A stretch of 61,912 bases of DNA, filler included, from 5 parts of 5 records of this genome joined end to end with filler, not necessarily neighbours in it, one strand, 5' to 3'. Shown: positions 29,718-42,315, numbered from the whole stretch's first letter. Notes: generated by a model from the letters alone, not told the origin. A program made the numbers and translations.

Positions 29718-30182
29718 TCAGTTGCGTGTATCTCCACGCACCTGGCGCGCAATGCGATCGAGCACCGCATTGACAAGCTTGCCTTCCTCACCTTCGAAAA
29801 AGGCCGTTGCGATCTCCACATATTCAGTGACGATCACGGCCGTCGGCACATCCGGCCGGCTGGAAATCTCAAATGCTCCGGCGCGCAGAATAGCACGCAA
29901 CGTGCTGTCCAGACGCGACAGTGTCCAGCCTTCCGAAATAGCGCCTGAGATTTGCGGATCGAGCTTCTTCTGATCATGCACGACACCCGTGACAATTGAC
30001 CGGAACCATGCAGGATCTGCCTGCAGATAGGTTTCACCATCGATTTCACGGCCAAGTCGATAAACTTCGTACTCCGCCAGAACATCGGCCAGAGACGTAC
30101 CGGCGATATCCATCTGATAGAGGGCCTGAACAGCAGCGAGACGCGCCGCGCCGCGCTGATTTGCGGTCTTTTCCGTGGTCAT
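29718..30182 (-). CDS. nusB: Transcription antitermination factor NusB
   Basis: [43 protein letters not shown]. Confidence 0.96.
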   Translation of the reverse strand: MTTEKTANQRGAARLAAVQALYQMDIAGTSLADVLAEYEVYRLGREIDGETYLQADPAWFRSIVTGVVHDQKKLDPQISGAISEGWTLSRLDSTLRAILRAGAFEISSRPDVPTAVIVTEYVEIATAFFEGEEGKLVNAVLDRIARQVRGDTRN

Positions 30183-30298
30183 GATACTCCGCGCATCCTA
30201 AATGGATGCGATCAACTCTTGTGTTTTTTATATGAAGGCGATCATCAAGTGATGCGCTCTAACCGCGTAGTCCCGACTTGGCAAGCATTTTGGTGCGT

Positions 30299-30781
30299 TT
30301 ACTCGCTTTCGACTTCGGGGCCGCGGGCAATCTTGGCGGAGAATTCCGCAATGATTTCTTCAAAATCTTCCGTAGTCGAAAAGTCGCGATAAACGGATGC
30401 AAAGCGCACAAAGGCGACATCGTCAAGGTTTTTCAAGGCCTCCAGAACCAGAAGACCGATCTCTTCGGAATGCACTTCCGGTTCGCCGGAACTTTCCATC
30501 TGCCGCACAATACCCGATACCGCGCGCTCTATGCGATCACGTTCGACCGGGCGCTTGCGAAGCGCGATCTCGAAAGAGCGCACCAGCTTGTCACGGTCAA
30601 ACGGCGCCTTGCGGCCATTTTTCTTGATCACCACCAGTTCGCGCAGCTGAACACGCTCGAACGTGGTGAAACGCCCACCGCAATCCGGACAGACACGCCT
30701 GCGGCGGATAGACGTATTGTCCTCCGCCGGGCGCGAATCCTTAACCTGGGTATCAGGCGAATTGCAGAAGGGGCAGCGCAT
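30299..30781 (-). CDS. nrdR: Transcriptional repressor NrdR
   Basis: [32 protein letters not shown] cone, [10 protein letters not shown]. Confidence 0.98.
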   Translation of the reverse strand: MRCPFCNSPDTQVKDSRPAEDNTSIRRRRVCPDCGGRFTTFERVQLRELVVIKKNGRKAPFDRDKLVRSFEIALRKRPVERDRIERAVSGIVRQMESSGEPEVHSEEIGLLVLEALKNLDDVAFVRFASVYRDFSTTEDFEEIIAEFSAKIARGPEVESE

Positions 30782-32085
30782 CAGCCCATATAACCATACA
30801 TCGGGAAACGGTCAGTCAGAGCGATGACCTTGTCGCGAACAGCGGCCTCGACAGCGGCATTACCCTCGTCGGAATTCACTTCCTTGAGGCCGTCCAGCAC
30901 TTCCACGATCAGCTTGCCGATTTCTGTGAACTCCGCTTCACCGAAACCGCGCGTCGTACCGGCCGGGGTACCGAGACGAACGCCCGACGTAACGAACGGT
31001 TTTTCAGGATCAAACGGAATGCCGTTCTTGTTGCAGGTGATGTAGGCACGGCCAAGAGCGGCTTCCGCCCGTTTGCCTGTGGCATTTTTCTTGCGCAGAT
31101 CAACCAGCATGGAATGATTGTCGGTACCGCCTGAAACGACATCCAGACCACCGTCCTTCAGCGAAGCTGCCAGTGCACGCGCATTTTTGACAACCTGCTC
31201 GGCATAGGCCTTGAATTCCGGTTGAAGCGCCTCGCCGAATGCAACGGCTTTGGCAGCAATCACATGCATCAGCGGCCCCCCCTGAAGGCCAGGAAACACA
31301 GCAGAATTGACCTTCTTGGCAATATCGGCGTCATTGGTCAGAATCATCCCGCCGCGTGGGCCACGCAGAGATTTGTGAGTGGTTGTGGTCACCACATGGG
31401 CGTGCGGACAAGGCGAAGGATGCGCGCCACCGGCAACGAGGCCAGCAATATGCGCCATATCGACCATCAGCCACGCACCAACAGAATCAGCGATTTCACG
31501 GAACCGCTTCCAGTCCCAGACACGCGAATAAGCTGTGCCACCTGCAATAATCAGCTTTGGCCTGGTTTCCTTGGCCTTGGCTTCAACCTCATCCATATCA
31601 ATCAGATTGTCTTCGCGTGAAACGCCGTAGGAAACAACGTTGAACCACTTGCCCGACATGTTGACCGGGGAACCGTGTGTCAGGTGCCCACCGGAGTTGA
31701 GGTCGAGTCCCATGAAGGTATCGCCCGGCTGCAACAGCGCCAGAAACACAGCCTGGTTCATCTGCGAACCGGAATTCGGCTGAACATTGGCAAACTCGAC
31801 GCCAAACAGCTTCTTGGCGCGCTCAATCGCCAGTTCCTCGGCGATATCGACGAACTGACAACCGCCATAATAGCGCTTACCGGGATAGCCCTCAGCATAT
31901 TTGTTGGTCATGATCGAGCCCTGGGCTTCCAGCACAGCGCGCGAAACGATGTTTTCCGAAGCAATCAGTTCGATTTCATGACGCTGGCGGCCGAGTTCCT
32001 TGCCGATTGCGCCGAAAATCTCCGGATCGGTATCGGCAAGTGTCCGGTTGAAGAAATTTTCGGTAAAGGCTGTCTGGCTGGTCAT
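30781..32085 (-). CDS. glyA: Serine hydroxymethyltransferase
   Basis: [51 protein letters not shown]. Confidence 0.98.
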   Translation of the reverse strand: MTSQTAFTENFFNRTLADTDPEIFGAIGKELGRQRHEIELIASENIVSRAVLEAQGSIMTNKYAEGYPGKRYYGGCQFVDIAEELAIERAKKLFGVEFANVQPNSGSQMNQAVFLALLQPGDTFMGLDLNSGGHLTHGSPVNMSGKWFNVVSYGVSREDNLIDMDEVEAKAKETRPKLIIAGGTAYSRVWDWKRFREIADSVGAWLMVDMAHIAGLVAGGAHPSPCPHAHVVTTTTHKSLRGPRGGMILTNDADIAKKVNSAVFPGLQGGPLMHVIAAKAVAFGEALQPEFKAYAEQVVKNARALAASLKDGGLDVVSGGTDNHSMLVDLRKKNATGKRAEAALGRAYITCNKNGIPFDPEKPFVTSGVRLGTPAGTTRGFGEAEFTEIGKLIVEVLDGLKEVNSDEGNAAVEAAVRDKVIALTDRFPMYGYMG

Positions 32086-32224
32086 AATTGAGGCTCCTCA
32101 AAATTCACGGGCGGAGAGCTTTGTAGCGCCCACCATGCCTTCCTGCAATAGAACAATGCCGCCTGCGGAAATCCTCCGCCGACGGCATATTCGATACCAT
32201 TTGCGAAACCTCGGGGATCGCGAT

Positions 32225-33517
32225 TTATTCGATACCGCTGGTTGTCTGCAGCGCCAGTTCCGGAGCGCCATCGAGATTGTAGATATCGTCGCGGAACTGT
32301 ACGACACCATCACGTGCCGACCAGGCTGTAATATAAACAAAGTGGTTGGGAACCGGATCGGCCAGATTGACCGGCGTGGAGATGCCGGTGCGAATCGTTT
32401 CCTCGATCTTCTGACGGTTCCAGCCGGGCGTGTCCTTGAGCAGCCAGACATCCAGATCACGTACATTCTCAATCCGCACGCAGCCGGATGATTCAAAGCG
32501 CAACATGTCGTTGAACAGGCTCTGGCTCGGCGTGTCGTGCATATAGACAGCGTGCTTGTTGTGAAAATTGATCTTGGTCGATGCCATCGCGCTGTTGGGA
32601 CCGGGATCCTGACGGAATGTCAGGTTCGGCGCCCTCTCGGCGTTCCAGTCGATGGTCATCGGATCGACTTCCTGCCCCTTGTTATTGTAGAGGCGGATCT
32701 TGTTGTCGCTCAGATAGTTAGGATCTTCCCGCATCAGCGGCATGATATCCTTCTGGATGATCGAGCGCGGCACGGTCCACGGCGGATTGAAGATGATTTC
32801 AAAGATCTTCGAATTGAGGATCGGGGTCGCACGCGAGGGACGCCCGACAATAGCCACATTGCGCAGGGCCACGGTATTGTTCTCGACAGCTTCGGCATAG
32901 GCCGCCGGAATATTGACCAGAACATAGCGCTGGCCGAGTTTGGAACCGTAGTCCTCAACGCGGGTCAGGTTGGTTTCAAGCTGAGCAAGCCGGACACGGG
33001 CACTGACATTGAGCGCTCTGAGCGTATACTCATCGATATAACCGGTCTCAGGCAAACCATGGCGAGCCTGAAAACGTTTCACTGCACCCTGAACATAAGA
33101 ATCGTAGGAGTCGGACACGCCGGCAGACTGCGACAGATCGCCGGAAACAATCAGGTGCTGGCGCAACTGACGCACGGAAGGATCAGACACGCCGAACTGA
33201 AGCGGCACATTGGGATGCACTTCCGGCCATCCGCCGGTGGTGACGATACGCTGATAATCAGCAATGGCCTGCATCAGATTGGAAGAGGCATTCGGACCGA
33301 GGATTGGTTGATTTGATGCAACACTGGCCTGCGAACGCGATGTGACCGCGTCAAACTGATCGTCCCAGTCACCCCGCCCCGGCGCATTGATCAACGCCTC
33401 GACGGCAGATTGTGCGGAGGCGATTTTGGGCATTGCCAGAATTCCGGCGGCGGCAGCCAGCAGGTTACGGCGCGATAAAGTTCTGCCCTGAGGCTTTTTG
33501 ATCTCGTTATTGCTCAT
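32225..33517 (-). CDS. L,D-transpeptidase (YcbB/LdtP-like) with Tat signal and PG-binding domain
   Basis: SRRNLL Tat motif; AVKRFQARHGL; VNIPA, NPPWTVPRSI, YMHDTP..SSGCVR. Start placed at MSNNE. Confidence 0.92.
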   Translation of the reverse strand: MSNNEIKKPQGRTLSRRNLLAAAAGILAMPKIASAQSAVEALINAPGRGDWDDQFDAVTSRSQASVASNQPILGPNASSNLMQAIADYQRIVTTGGWPEVHPNVPLQFGVSDPSVRQLRQHLIVSGDLSQSAGVSDSYDSYVQGAVKRFQARHGLPETGYIDEYTLRALNVSARVRLAQLETNLTRVEDYGSKLGQRYVLVNIPAAYAEAVENNTVALRNVAIVGRPSRATPILNSKIFEIIFNPPWTVPRSIIQKDIMPLMREDPNYLSDNKIRLYNNKGQEVDPMTIDWNAERAPNLTFRQDPGPNSAMASTKINFHNKHAVYMHDTPSQSLFNDMLRFESSGCVRIENVRDLDVWLLKDTPGWNRQKIEETIRTGISTPVNLADPVPNHFVYITAWSARDGVVQFRDDIYNLDGAPELALQTTSGIE

Positions 33518-33657
33518 GAAATCCAAATCTTGTGTCGATCCCTCAAGCCACTCCAAAGGAATAAGAAATGGCCTTTCTGTTGCTCCAAGCGCTGCCACAC
33601 CAATGTGGCCAATTATTGTCAGCTTACCAGTCCACGCGAGGCAGGCGCCATCACACT

Positions 33658-34068
33658 TTAGTGACGACGAATGAACACAAGGTAAAACCAGAAGGCGATA
33701 TAGCTGGCAATGCCCGCAACATGCAGTGTTGTCATCCAGGGCGCCACGCCGAATGTCTGGCTATAGCCGCCATGCGCACTGACCTGTATCGCCGCACCGA
33801 CGACCCAAAGCACAAAACCCCAGCCAACGCCAAACCACAATCCGGTCGCTGCAATCGGAAAGACAACAGCGAGAACCGCCTCAACCGCCCTTGCATTCGG
33901 CTGCAAGAGATCAAAGCGCCATGCGCCATCCATGGACAGGCCGATCAGAGCGGCCCAGCAGCCCAGGCCAATGATGAGCAGATACCCGGCAGCGCACCGC
34001 TGGAAGACCAGAAAGGCATCCTGCGAGAAGCTGCGGCGAACCGTTATAGAGCGCTCATTTATCATCAT
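33658..34068 (-). CDS. Rhizobial membrane protein (DUF6163-like)
   Basis: Four TM helices, WAALIG..WRFDLL, AATGLW..WGFVLW; divergent from hemB as in rhizobia. Confidence 0.7.
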   Translation of the reverse strand: MMINERSITVRRSFSQDAFLVFQRCAAGYLLIIGLGCWAALIGLSMDGAWRFDLLQPNARAVEAVLAVVFPIAATGLWFGVGWGFVLWVVGAAIQVSAHGGYSQTFGVAPWMTTLHVAGIASYIAFWFYLVFIRRH

Positions 34069-34231
34069 CCCTCTCTTATAGCGACTTCGCTCCAGCTGAC
34101 AAAGCCTTTGCATACGCATTTCCCGGCCCCTTATGCGCAACGTTGTCTGCCAGCCGGTTGCAGATGTCGCATTTGACGCAGGCACGGCCCGTGCTAAACC
34201 CGGAAAACCTTAAAAATCACGGATCGACATC

Positions 34232-35254
34232 ATGACTGAACGTGAAAACAAAACACATATTGTAGATCACATTACCGGGCATCGCAGAATGCGGAGGAAC
34301 CGCAAGGCCGACTGGACCCGCCGCATGGTGCGCGAAACCCGGTTGACGGTTGATGATCTGATCTGGCCGGTATTCGTGATCCCGGGCACCAATATCGAAG
34401 AGCCGATAGCGGCAATGCCCGGCGTTTCCCGCATGAGTGTCGACCGATTGGCCGAGGCTGCGAAAAGAGCAGCCGACCTGGGCATTCCGGCCATTGCGAC
34501 TTTCCCCAATATTGAAATGGAAAAGCGCGATGAAACCGGGTCGGAAATACTGAACGCCGACAATCTTCTCAATCAGGCCACGGCAGCAGTCAAGAAAGCC
34601 GCCCCCGATATCGGGGTGATTACCGATGTTGCTCTCGACCCCTTCACCAGCCACGGTCATGACGGTATTTTTCGCGACGGTGAGATCATCAACGATGAGA
34701 CCGTCGAGCAGATCGTTGAAGCCGCAATCCTGCAGGCAAAAGCCGGATCGGATATCATCGCTCCGTCCGAAATGATGGACGGACGCATCGGCGCGCTTCG
34801 ACACGGACTGGATGCGGCGGGCTTTCAGGACGTAGGTATCATGTCCTACGCCACGAAGTTTTCCTCCGGTTACTACGGTCCATACCGCGAAGCGATTTCC
34901 ACCAGTAATCTGCTGAAAGGCGACAAGGCCAGCTACTATATTGATCCAGCCAATAGCACCGAGGCATTGCGTGACGCGGCTCTGGATGTGGAGGAAGGTG
35001 CCGATATGCTGATGGTCAAGCCAGGCCTGCCCTATCTGGATATCTGCTGGCGCATGAAGGAAGCATTCAGCCTTCCTGTCTTCGCCTATCAGGTTTCCGG
35101 GGAGTATGCGATGATTCGCCTGGCAGCAGAAAAAGGCGCGATTGACGGTGACCGGGTGATGATGGAAACGCTTTTGTCATTCAAGCGCGCAGGATGTGAC
35201 GGCATCTTGACCTATTTTGCACTTGATGTCGCAGAAAAGCTCGCAAAAGCCTGA
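34232..35254 (+). CDS. hemB: Porphobilinogen synthase (Zn-independent type)
   Basis: RRMRRNR, DVALDPFTSHGHDG (no Cys ligands), [27 protein letters not shown]. Confidence 0.97.
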   Translation: MTERENKTHIVDHITGHRRMRRNRKADWTRRMVRETRLTVDDLIWPVFVIPGTNIEEPIAAMPGVSRMSVDRLAEAAKRAADLGIPAIATFPNIEMEKRDETGSEILNADNLLNQATAAVKKAAPDIGVITDVALDPFTSHGHDGIFRDGEIINDETVEQIVEAAILQAKAGSDIIAPSEMMDGRIGALRHGLDAAGFQDVGIMSYATKFSSGYYGPYREAISTSNLLKGDKASYYIDPANSTEALRDAALDVEEGADMLMVKPGLPYLDICWRMKEAFSLPVFAYQVSGEYAMIRLAAEKGAIDGDRVMMETLLSFKRAGCDGILTYFALDVAEKLAKA

Positions 35255-35336
35255 CCCTCGAACATCAAGGCGTTGCAATTGCAGAAGAGAACCCCACTTT
35301 TAGCGGTGTTGAGGTGTGGAATGGAGATGTTGAGAC

Positions 35337-35801
35337 ATGAGCCTTGATCGCGATATGCAGTATTTTGCGCCGGCATCGGGTCCGGCCTATTCGGGTGTGC
35401 TCTCCAGGCGCGTTCTGGCATTTCTCGTCGACTACCTCATCATCGCTATTCTCTGGATCCCCGCTGCGGTTGTCCTGTTTTTCGTCGGTATCGCAACACT
35501 GGGTCTGGCGTTTCTGCTCTACCCGGTGCTCTATTTCATCGTTGCGGTGTTTTATTTTGGCCTGACAATGGGCGGGCCGGCACAGGCATCCCCCGGAATG
35601 CGGGCGATGGGAATTGCGGTCGTGCGAACCAATGGAATGCCGATGGATTTTGTCACCGCGATTGCCCATCTGGCTCTTTTCTGGCTGTTCAATTCGCTTT
35701 TGACGCCGCTTATCCTGCTTGTCGGCATTTTTACCGATCGCAAGCGCCTCATTCACGATTTTCTGATCGGTGCGGTCATGGTGCGCTCAGAAACCATCTG
35801 A
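35337..35801 (+). CDS. RDD family membrane protein
   Basis: [34 protein letters not shown]. Confidence 0.9.
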   Translation: MSLDRDMQYFAPASGPAYSGVLSRRVLAFLVDYLIIAILWIPAAVVLFFVGIATLGLAFLLYPVLYFIVAVFYFGLTMGGPAQASPGMRAMGIAVVRTNGMPMDFVTAIAHLALFWLFNSLLTPLILLVGIFTDRKRLIHDFLIGAVMVRSETI

Positions 35802-35898
35802 CCTCTTATTTTACTGCCGTACCTTGATCAGCGCGGTTGACCTTTCTCTCGATTACGCCATGCTAAAGCCGACAGGACGTAAGCATGGTGCGCCGAAC

Positions 35899-36651
35899 AT
35901 GAACACGCAAGCCACTCATTCGCCACAGTTTTATCTGACCGCACCCTCGCAGTGTCCCTACCTTGAGGACCAGCGCGAACGGAAGGTATTCACGCATCTC
36001 GTCGGCCCGCGGGCCAGTGAGATGAATGATCTTCTGACGCAGGGCGGCTTCCGCCGTTCCCAGAACATTGCATATCGACCGGCCTGCGAGAATTGCCGGG
36101 CCTGTGTTTCGGTGCGTATCCTCGCCGAAGAGTTTGACTGGCAGCGCTCCATGCGACGCACACTGTCACGCAATCGGGATATTATCTCCGACGAAGGCCC
36201 CGCCACGGCAACAGCAGAACAATACGATCTTTTCCGCACCTATCTCGACAGCCGGCACCAACAGGGCGGCATGGCCGACATGACCATCGATGACTACGCG
36301 GTTATGGTGGAGGAGACCCATGTTGAAACACGGGTTTTTGAATACAGGATCGTCCCGGACAGCGAAGAAGAAGGCGACGGAGAACTGATCGCCGTTGCGC
36401 TCAGCGATGTCATGGTCGACGGAATTTCCATGGTCTATTCGTTTTTCAATCCGGCCTTTGAAAAACGTTCGCTCGGCAGCTTCATGATTCTCGACCATAT
36501 CATGCGGGCTCAAAGACTGAGCCTGCCTTATGTCTATCTCGGTTACTGGGTCAAAGGCTCCAGAAAGATGGACTACAAGAAGCGCTTTCAACCGCAGGAA
36601 CATCTGACCGGCCACGGCTGGGAGCGTGTGCCCATGACCGGCGGAGACTGA
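35899..36651 (+). CDS. Arginyl-tRNA-protein transferase-like (ATE1/Bpt family)
   Basis: [53 protein letters not shown]. Confidence 0.93.
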   Translation: MNTQATHSPQFYLTAPSQCPYLEDQRERKVFTHLVGPRASEMNDLLTQGGFRRSQNIAYRPACENCRACVSVRILAEEFDWQRSMRRTLSRNRDIISDEGPATATAEQYDLFRTYLDSRHQQGGMADMTIDDYAVMVEETHVETRVFEYRIVPDSEEEGDGELIAVALSDVMVDGISMVYSFFNPAFEKRSLGSFMILDHIMRAQRLSLPYVYLGYWVKGSRKMDYKKRFQPQEHLTGHGWERVPMTGGD

Positions 36652-36699
36652 AAAGCGGACACGGTAAGACGCCGCTTTCAACCCGGGTTGTTTGCGAAA

Positions 36700-38982
36700 T
36701 TATGTATTGGTGAATTTACCGGAGCGCGGAAAGCCCTTTGGCGCTATACGTCCGGCCATTGCCCTGTCGCCACGCCATTCCAGAAGCTCATCCTTTAAGC
36801 GCGTATGAGTGCGCCCGGCACTATCCTCCCATGTCAAGCCGTCTTCCATGGCGAAGCATTTCGCATCTGACAGCCCGCCATCCTTGTAGCGTTGCAGGCG
36901 CACGCCCTTGCCGCGGGTCATTTCGGCGACCTGTGCCATCGGGAAGACCAGCAGCTTGCGGTTTTCACCGATCACGGCGACCGTATCGCCGCGAACCGGC
37001 CTCACCAGCTTAACCTCGGCAGTACCGGAAACATTCATCACCTGCTTGCCCTTGCGGGTATTCGCGACCATCGCATCTTCTTCAATGATAAATCCATTAC
37101 CAAGTGTAGAGGCTATCAGAAGCTTGCGGCCTTCTTCGTGCACAAACGCCGTCACCACATCCTGATCGGCTTCCATGTCAACCATGATCCTGAGCGGCTC
37201 ACCATGACCACGGCCACCGGGCAGCTTGTCCGCACCCATTGTGAAAGCGCGACCGCCGGTCGTGACAATCACCAGCTTATCGGTCGTCTGGGCCGGGAAT
37301 GACAACCTCAGGCTGTCCCCTTCCTTGAATGAGAGGCCTGACGTATCGACATGGCCTTTCAGCGCCCTGATCCACCCCTTCTCGGAGATTACGACAGTAA
37401 TCGGTTCTTTTTCGATCATAGCCTGATGGATCGCTTCAACGTCCGTATCCGGGGCATGATCAAAGGTTGAGCGGCGGCGGCCAATTTCAGTGGCCTTGGC
37501 AAAGGTCTTCTTTACCTCACCAATTTCCCAGGCCACGGTCTGCCACTGCTTTTCATCAGAGGCCAGCAATGCCTCGATATCCGCCTTTTCGGCTGTCAGC
37601 TTGTCGAACTCCTTGCGGATTTCAATTTCTTCCAGCTTGCGCAAAGCGCGAAGACGCATGTTGAGAATGGCTTCAGCCTGAACATCGGTGATCTCGAAGC
37701 GCGCGATCATCACCTTTTTAGGCTCATCCTCTTCGCGAATGATCTGGATGACTTCGTCAAGATTGAGATAGGCGACAAGAAGCCCGCCCAAAACTTCCAG
37801 ACGCTTCTCGATGACCGCCAGACGATGGCGCGAACGACGCTGGAGCACATCACGGCGATGGCCGAGCCACTCCTTGAGAACATCGACGAGGCCCATGACC
37901 TTTGGCACTTTCCCGTGGGAAAGCACGTTCATGTTCATCGAAAAACGCTGTTCCAGTTCCGTCAGTTTGAAAAGGGACTCCATCAAGAGTGACGGATCGA
38001 CGGTGCGGCTTTTCGGCACCAGCACGATGCGGATATCTTCTGCCGACTCATCCTGAATATCTTCGAGAAGCGGCAAACGGCGCGCGATCAGCAATTCGGC
38101 GATTTTCTCGATCAGCCGCGACTTCTGGACACTGTAGGGAATTTCCGTGACGACGATCTGATAATTGCCGCGCCCGAGATCCTCTTTTTCCCAACGGGAA
38201 CGAACGCGGAAACCGCCGCGCCCGGTCTTGTAGGTTTCGACCATGGAGTCGAATTCTTCGACAATGATGCCACCGGTTGGAAAATCCGGTCCCTGGATCA
38301 TGTTGGTTTTTGCCCCCTCGGCACCCGGCTTTGTCAGCAGGTCCTCAATTGGCGCATCGGGGTGTTTGATCAGGTGGATCGCAGCTTCGCAAAGCTCATG
38401 TGCGTTATGCGGCGGAATCGAAGTTGCCATGCCGACGGCGATGCCTGTGGAACCATTGGCCAGGAGGTTTGGGAACGCGCCGGGCAGAACAGCAGGCTCG
38501 TCGTCCTCTTCGTTATAGGTCAGGCGAAAGTCGACGGCATCTTCATCGATGCCTTCCAGCATCAGCGCCGCGACCTCGGTCATCCGCGCCTCGGTGTAAC
38601 GCATCGCAGCAGCGCTGTCGCCGTCAATATTGCCAAAGTTTCCCTGTCCGTCGACCATCGGGTAACGCTGGGCAAAATTTTGCGAAAGACGCACCAGCGC
38701 ATCGTAGATCGAGGCATCGCCATGCGGGTGAAATTTACCCATGACATCGCCGACGATACGGGCACACTTCTTGTATGCGGAATTCGGCCGGACACCGATC
38801 TCGCTCATACCGTGAATGATACGGCGATGCACCGGCTTCAGACCGTCACGCACATCCGGCAGTGCACGATGCATAATCGTCGATAGCGCATAAGCGAGGT
38901 AACGCTCCTCAAGCGCTTTACGAAGATCGACGGTATCGTTGTTGTCGCCACCTTCAGAGGGCGGCAGGATATCATTTGCCAT
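36700..38982 (-). CDS. parC: DNA topoisomerase IV subunit A
   Basis: [46 protein letters not shown]; 760 aa; no GyrA box. Confidence 0.96.
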   Translation of the reverse strand: MANDILPPSEGGDNNDTVDLRKALEERYLAYALSTIMHRALPDVRDGLKPVHRRIIHGMSEIGVRPNSAYKKCARIVGDVMGKFHPHGDASIYDALVRLSQNFAQRYPMVDGQGNFGNIDGDSAAAMRYTEARMTEVAALMLEGIDEDAVDFRLTYNEEDDEPAVLPGAFPNLLANGSTGIAVGMATSIPPHNAHELCEAAIHLIKHPDAPIEDLLTKPGAEGAKTNMIQGPDFPTGGIIVEEFDSMVETYKTGRGGFRVRSRWEKEDLGRGNYQIVVTEIPYSVQKSRLIEKIAELLIARRLPLLEDIQDESAEDIRIVLVPKSRTVDPSLLMESLFKLTELEQRFSMNMNVLSHGKVPKVMGLVDVLKEWLGHRRDVLQRRSRHRLAVIEKRLEVLGGLLVAYLNLDEVIQIIREEDEPKKVMIARFEITDVQAEAILNMRLRALRKLEEIEIRKEFDKLTAEKADIEALLASDEKQWQTVAWEIGEVKKTFAKATEIGRRRSTFDHAPDTDVEAIHQAMIEKEPITVVISEKGWIRALKGHVDTSGLSFKEGDSLRLSFPAQTTDKLVIVTTGGRAFTMGADKLPGGRGHGEPLRIMVDMEADQDVVTAFVHEEGRKLLIASTLGNGFIIEEDAMVANTRKGKQVMNVSGTAEVKLVRPVRGDTVAVIGENRKLLVFPMAQVAEMTRGKGVRLQRYKDGGLSDAKCFAMEDGLTWEDSAGRTHTRLKDELLEWRGDRAMAGRIAPKGFPRSGKFTNT

Positions 38983-39198
38983 GGTGTCCTGTTAGACGAT
39001 ACAACCGCCCGCGACAAGGCATAAGGCCCTGCAATCCCCTGAAAATAAAGGCCTCCATCGTTTTTTGACGACAGATTTGCACTGACGGGTAGTGCGCACT
39101 AAATAGAGACGAACAAAATATTTTATTTTCGCAACACAACATTGTTAGTGTTTGCTTCAAAGCAATCCTTAAAAAGCTTCACAATCGGGAGAGACGCC

Positions 39199-40437
39199 AT
39201 GCGCGAAGCGCCTATCAAAACATTTTTCCTCGCCGGAACCTTCTTCATTGCAGCCTCGGCTCCGGCCTTCGCGCTCGACAGTGCAGATTTCATTTCGAAG
39301 GTGAAGAACGCCTACGAAACCTATTCGGGCATCACCTTCACACATGGAGATGTCGAAAAAAGCGGTAAGAACGGCCTTGTCATCAAGGGTGTCGTCTTTG
39401 CGCCGGCCGAAGACATGTCTCCCGAACTTGACGATTTTCAACAGAAAGAGCCACTGACCATCAACCTCTCGGGCATCAAAGAGAACGATGACGGAAGCTA
39501 TGTGGTTGGCAAACTCTCACTTGAAAAGGCGGCATTCGCTGCCGAAGACATGGTCTGGACCATCGGGACTTTCAAAGAGAGCAATCTCCATGTTCCGGCG
39601 ACCCCGGACGTAAACAATCCCTCAGGCTGGCTTTATGGCGAAGAAAGCCATCTCGAAGATGTCACACTGGAATACGAAGGCAAGACGGTTATGACGATGC
39701 CCTCCGCAGAAGGTACGCAAACCTTCGATGCGGAAACACAAACGGCAGGCTTCACGGCGTCGACCGGCGATATCACACTGGACCTGACAAATGTAGACGA
39801 TCTGGATGACGACTTCCGAAACGGCCTTGAAACGCTTGAGCTGCTGAAGTCGACATCGACTTTCGATCTGGCAGGCACATGGAATATCGTAACCGGTGAT
39901 TTCGACATGTCGTCCTACGATTTTTCCGTCAAGGATGCCGGCACTTTGAAGATCAGCCTCGGCGTCACCGGCTTTACGCTTGAAACGCTCGAAACCCTTC
40001 GCGACATGCAGGATATGCCTGAAGACATGGCCAGCGAAGACGATACGACAGGCGACGACGGAATGGACCCCTATCAGGCACAGATGATGGAGCTTGGTCA
40101 GCAGATCGGCGTTTCCGGCCTCAGCATCCGTTTCGAAGACGCTTCGATTACCAATCGCCTTTTGAAAATGCTGGCGGACGAAGAAGGTGTTACGGCTGAA
40201 GCCTTCGCTGAAGGTATTAAGACCGACATCAATTCAGGCCTGACGGCGCTGAACGTGCCTGATCTGGCAGATATGGTGACGACAGCTGTCGATACCTACC
40301 TCAAAGACCCGCAGAACTTCACGGTCTCGATCGCGCCGCAGATGCAGATGCCGATCCTCGCCGTCATCATGGCCGGAGCTGCTGCACCTCAGTCTGTGCC
40401 GCAGCTTCTCAATCTGGAAGTGAAAGCCAACGACTGA
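39199..40437 (+). CDS. Secreted acidic hypothetical protein
   Basis: GGGAG RBS; signal ending AFA; beta-rich body; C-terminal RFEDASIT..YLKDPQNFTVSIAP..LNLEVKAN. Confidence 0.75.
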   Translation: MREAPIKTFFLAGTFFIAASAPAFALDSADFISKVKNAYETYSGITFTHGDVEKSGKNGLVIKGVVFAPAEDMSPELDDFQQKEPLTINLSGIKENDDGSYVVGKLSLEKAAFAAEDMVWTIGTFKESNLHVPATPDVNNPSGWLYGEESHLEDVTLEYEGKTVMTMPSAEGTQTFDAETQTAGFTASTGDITLDLTNVDDLDDDFRNGLETLELLKSTSTFDLAGTWNIVTGDFDMSSYDFSVKDAGTLKISLGVTGFTLETLETLRDMQDMPEDMASEDDTTGDDGMDPYQAQMMELGQQIGVSGLSIRFEDASITNRLLKMLADEEGVTAEAFAEGIKTDINSGLTALNVPDLADMVTTAVDTYLKDPQNFTVSIAPQMQMPILAVIMAGAAAPQSVPQLLNLEVKAND

Positions 40438-40460
40438 GATTGATACCGGAAAATTCAAAC

Positions 40461-40494
40461 AAGCCCCGGCAGAACGAACCGCCGGGGCTTTTTT
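40461..40494 (+). terminator. Rho-independent terminator
   Basis: AAGCCCCGGC-N10-GCCGGGGCTTTTTT between convergent genes. Confidence 0.85.
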
Positions 40495-40515
40495 AATGGA
40501 TCAAAGACAGAAAAA

Positions 40516-42315
40516 TCAGTCTTTCTTTTGTGGCAGAATGCGCAGGCCAAGTTCACGCAGCTGCGCCGGACTTGCCTCTGCCGGTGCACTCATCAGCAGA
40601 TCCTGGGCCTGCTGGTTCATCGGGAACAGCGTAACCTCGCGCAGGTTCTTCGCGCCGACGAGCAGCATCACAATACGGTCGATACCGGCAGCCATGCCGC
40701 CATGTGGCGGAACGCCATACTGGAACGCGCGGTAAAGACCACCGAAACGCTCTTCCACGACCTCTGCACCCAGCCCGGCATGGCCAAAAGCTGCGACCAT
40801 GGTTTCCGGCGAGTGGTTACGGATACCGCCTGAAGCGATTTCGAAGCCGTTACAAACCATATCGTACTGGAAAGCCTTCAGTGCCAGAAGACCTTCATCA
40901 CCTTCCGCGGCCTCCAGCGCTTCCCGTCCACCCTGCGGCATTGAGAACGGGTTATGGGCGAAATCGATGTGTTTTTCGTCTTCATTCCATTCATAGAACG
41001 GGAAGTCGACAATCCAGCAAAGCGCGTAACGGTCCTTGTCGGTGAGGCCAAGCTCATCGCCAACGCGGGTGCGGGCTTCACCGGCAAAGCGCACAAACTG
41101 GTCCGGACGGCCGGCAACGAAGAAGCAGGCATCGCCTTCTTCCAGACCGAGTTGCTGACGCACGGCGTCAGTTCGTTCCGGGCCGATATTCTTGGCCAAC
41201 GGGCCTGCACCGGTGATGTCCTCACCTTCCTTGCGCCAGAAGATGTAACCAAGACCGGGTTGCCCCTGAGACTGTGCCCAGGAATTCATCCGATCGCAGA
41301 ATGCACGGCTGCCACCGGTTCTGGCCGGAATGGCCCAGACTTCCACCTTCTCGTCCTTGGCAATCATGTTGGCAAAGACCTTGAAACCGGAACCGGCGAA
41401 ATGCTCGGTGACGGCTTCCATCTCGATCGGGTTTCGAAGATCCGGCTTGTCGGAGCCATATTTGCGAAGCGCTACATCGTAAGGAATGCGTGGGAATTCT
41501 TCTGTTACCGGTTTTCCGTCGGAGAATGCCTTGAAAACATCGCGGATAACCGGTTCCATCGTCACCAGAATATCCTCCTGCTCGACGAAACTCATTTCGA
41601 GGTCGAGCTGATAGAACTCACCCGGCAGGCGGTCAGCGCGCGGATCCTCGTCACGGAAGCACGGCGCAATCTGAAAATAGCGATCAAAGCCAGACGCCAT
41701 CAACAACTGCTTATATTGTTGCGGTGCCTGCGGCAGGGCATAAAAATTGCCGGGATGAATGCGGCTGGGAACCAAAAAGTCGCGCGCGCCTTCCGGTGAA
41801 GACGCCGTCAGGATCGGCGTTGAATATTCGGTAAAACCAACGTCGCCCATCAATTTACGCATTTCGGCAATGATTTTCGTGCGCTTGACGATGTTGGCAT
41901 GAAGCGTTTCGCGGCGAAGATCGAGAAAGCGGTACTTCAGGCGAAGGTCTTCCGGATAGTCTGGCTCACCAAACACCGGAACCGGCAATTCTTTCGACGC
42001 CGAAAGAATTTCGATCTCTTCGGCATAAAGTTCGATTTCGCCGGTCGCCATGTTCGGATTGACGGTTTCGGCCGTACGGGCGCGCACCTTGCCATCGACC
42101 CGAATCACCCATTCGCCGCGCACTTTTTCCGCGGCGGCAAAAGCGGCGGAGTCCGGATCGGCAACAACCTGAGTCATGCCGTAATGGTCGCGCAAATCGA
42201 TAAAAAGAAGGCCGCCATGGTCACGCACACGGTGCACCCAGCCGGAAAGGCGGGCGGTTTCACCGACAGCAGACTTGTTCAGGGCGGCGCAGGTGTGGCT
42301 GCGATAACGATGCAT
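40516..42315 (-). CDS. aspS: Aspartate-tRNA ligase
   Basis: YRSHTC, RDHGG (His typical of non-discriminating enzymes), [42 protein letters not shown]. Confidence 0.98.
   Translation of the reverse strand: MHRYRSHTCAALNKSAVGETARLSGWVHRVRDHGGLLFIDLRDHYGMTQVVADPDSAAFAAAEKVRGEWVIRVDGKVRARTAETVNPNMATGEIELYAEEIEILSASKELPVPVFGEPDYPEDLRLKYRFLDLRRETLHANIVKRTKIIAEMRKLMGDVGFTEYSTPILTASSPEGARDFLVPSRIHPGNFYALPQAPQQYKQLLMASGFDRYFQIAPCFRDEDPRADRLPGEFYQLDLEMSFVEQEDILVTMEPVIRDVFKAFSDGKPVTEEFPRIPYDVALRKYGSDKPDLRNPIEMEAVTEHFAGSGFKVFANMIAKDEKVEVWAIPARTGGSRAFCDRMNSWAQSQGQPGLGYIFWRKEGEDITGAGPLAKNIGPERTDAVRQQLGLEEGDACFFVAGRPDQFVRFAGEARTRVGDELGLTDKDRYALCWIVDFPFYEWNEDEKHIDFAHNPFSMPQGGREALEAAEGDEGLLALKAFQYDMVCNGFEIASGGIRNHSPETMVAAFGHAGLGAEVVEERFGGLYRAFQYGVPPHGGMAAGIDRIVMLLVGAKNLREVTLFPMNQQAQDLLMSAPAEASPAQLRELGLRILPQKKD

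Noticed and set aside
32086-32224. ZTP (pfl) riboswitch upstream of glyA
   Set aside because: I could not find the conserved CGACUGGCG..GCCUGGGC elements. Only a generic GC hairpin is present.
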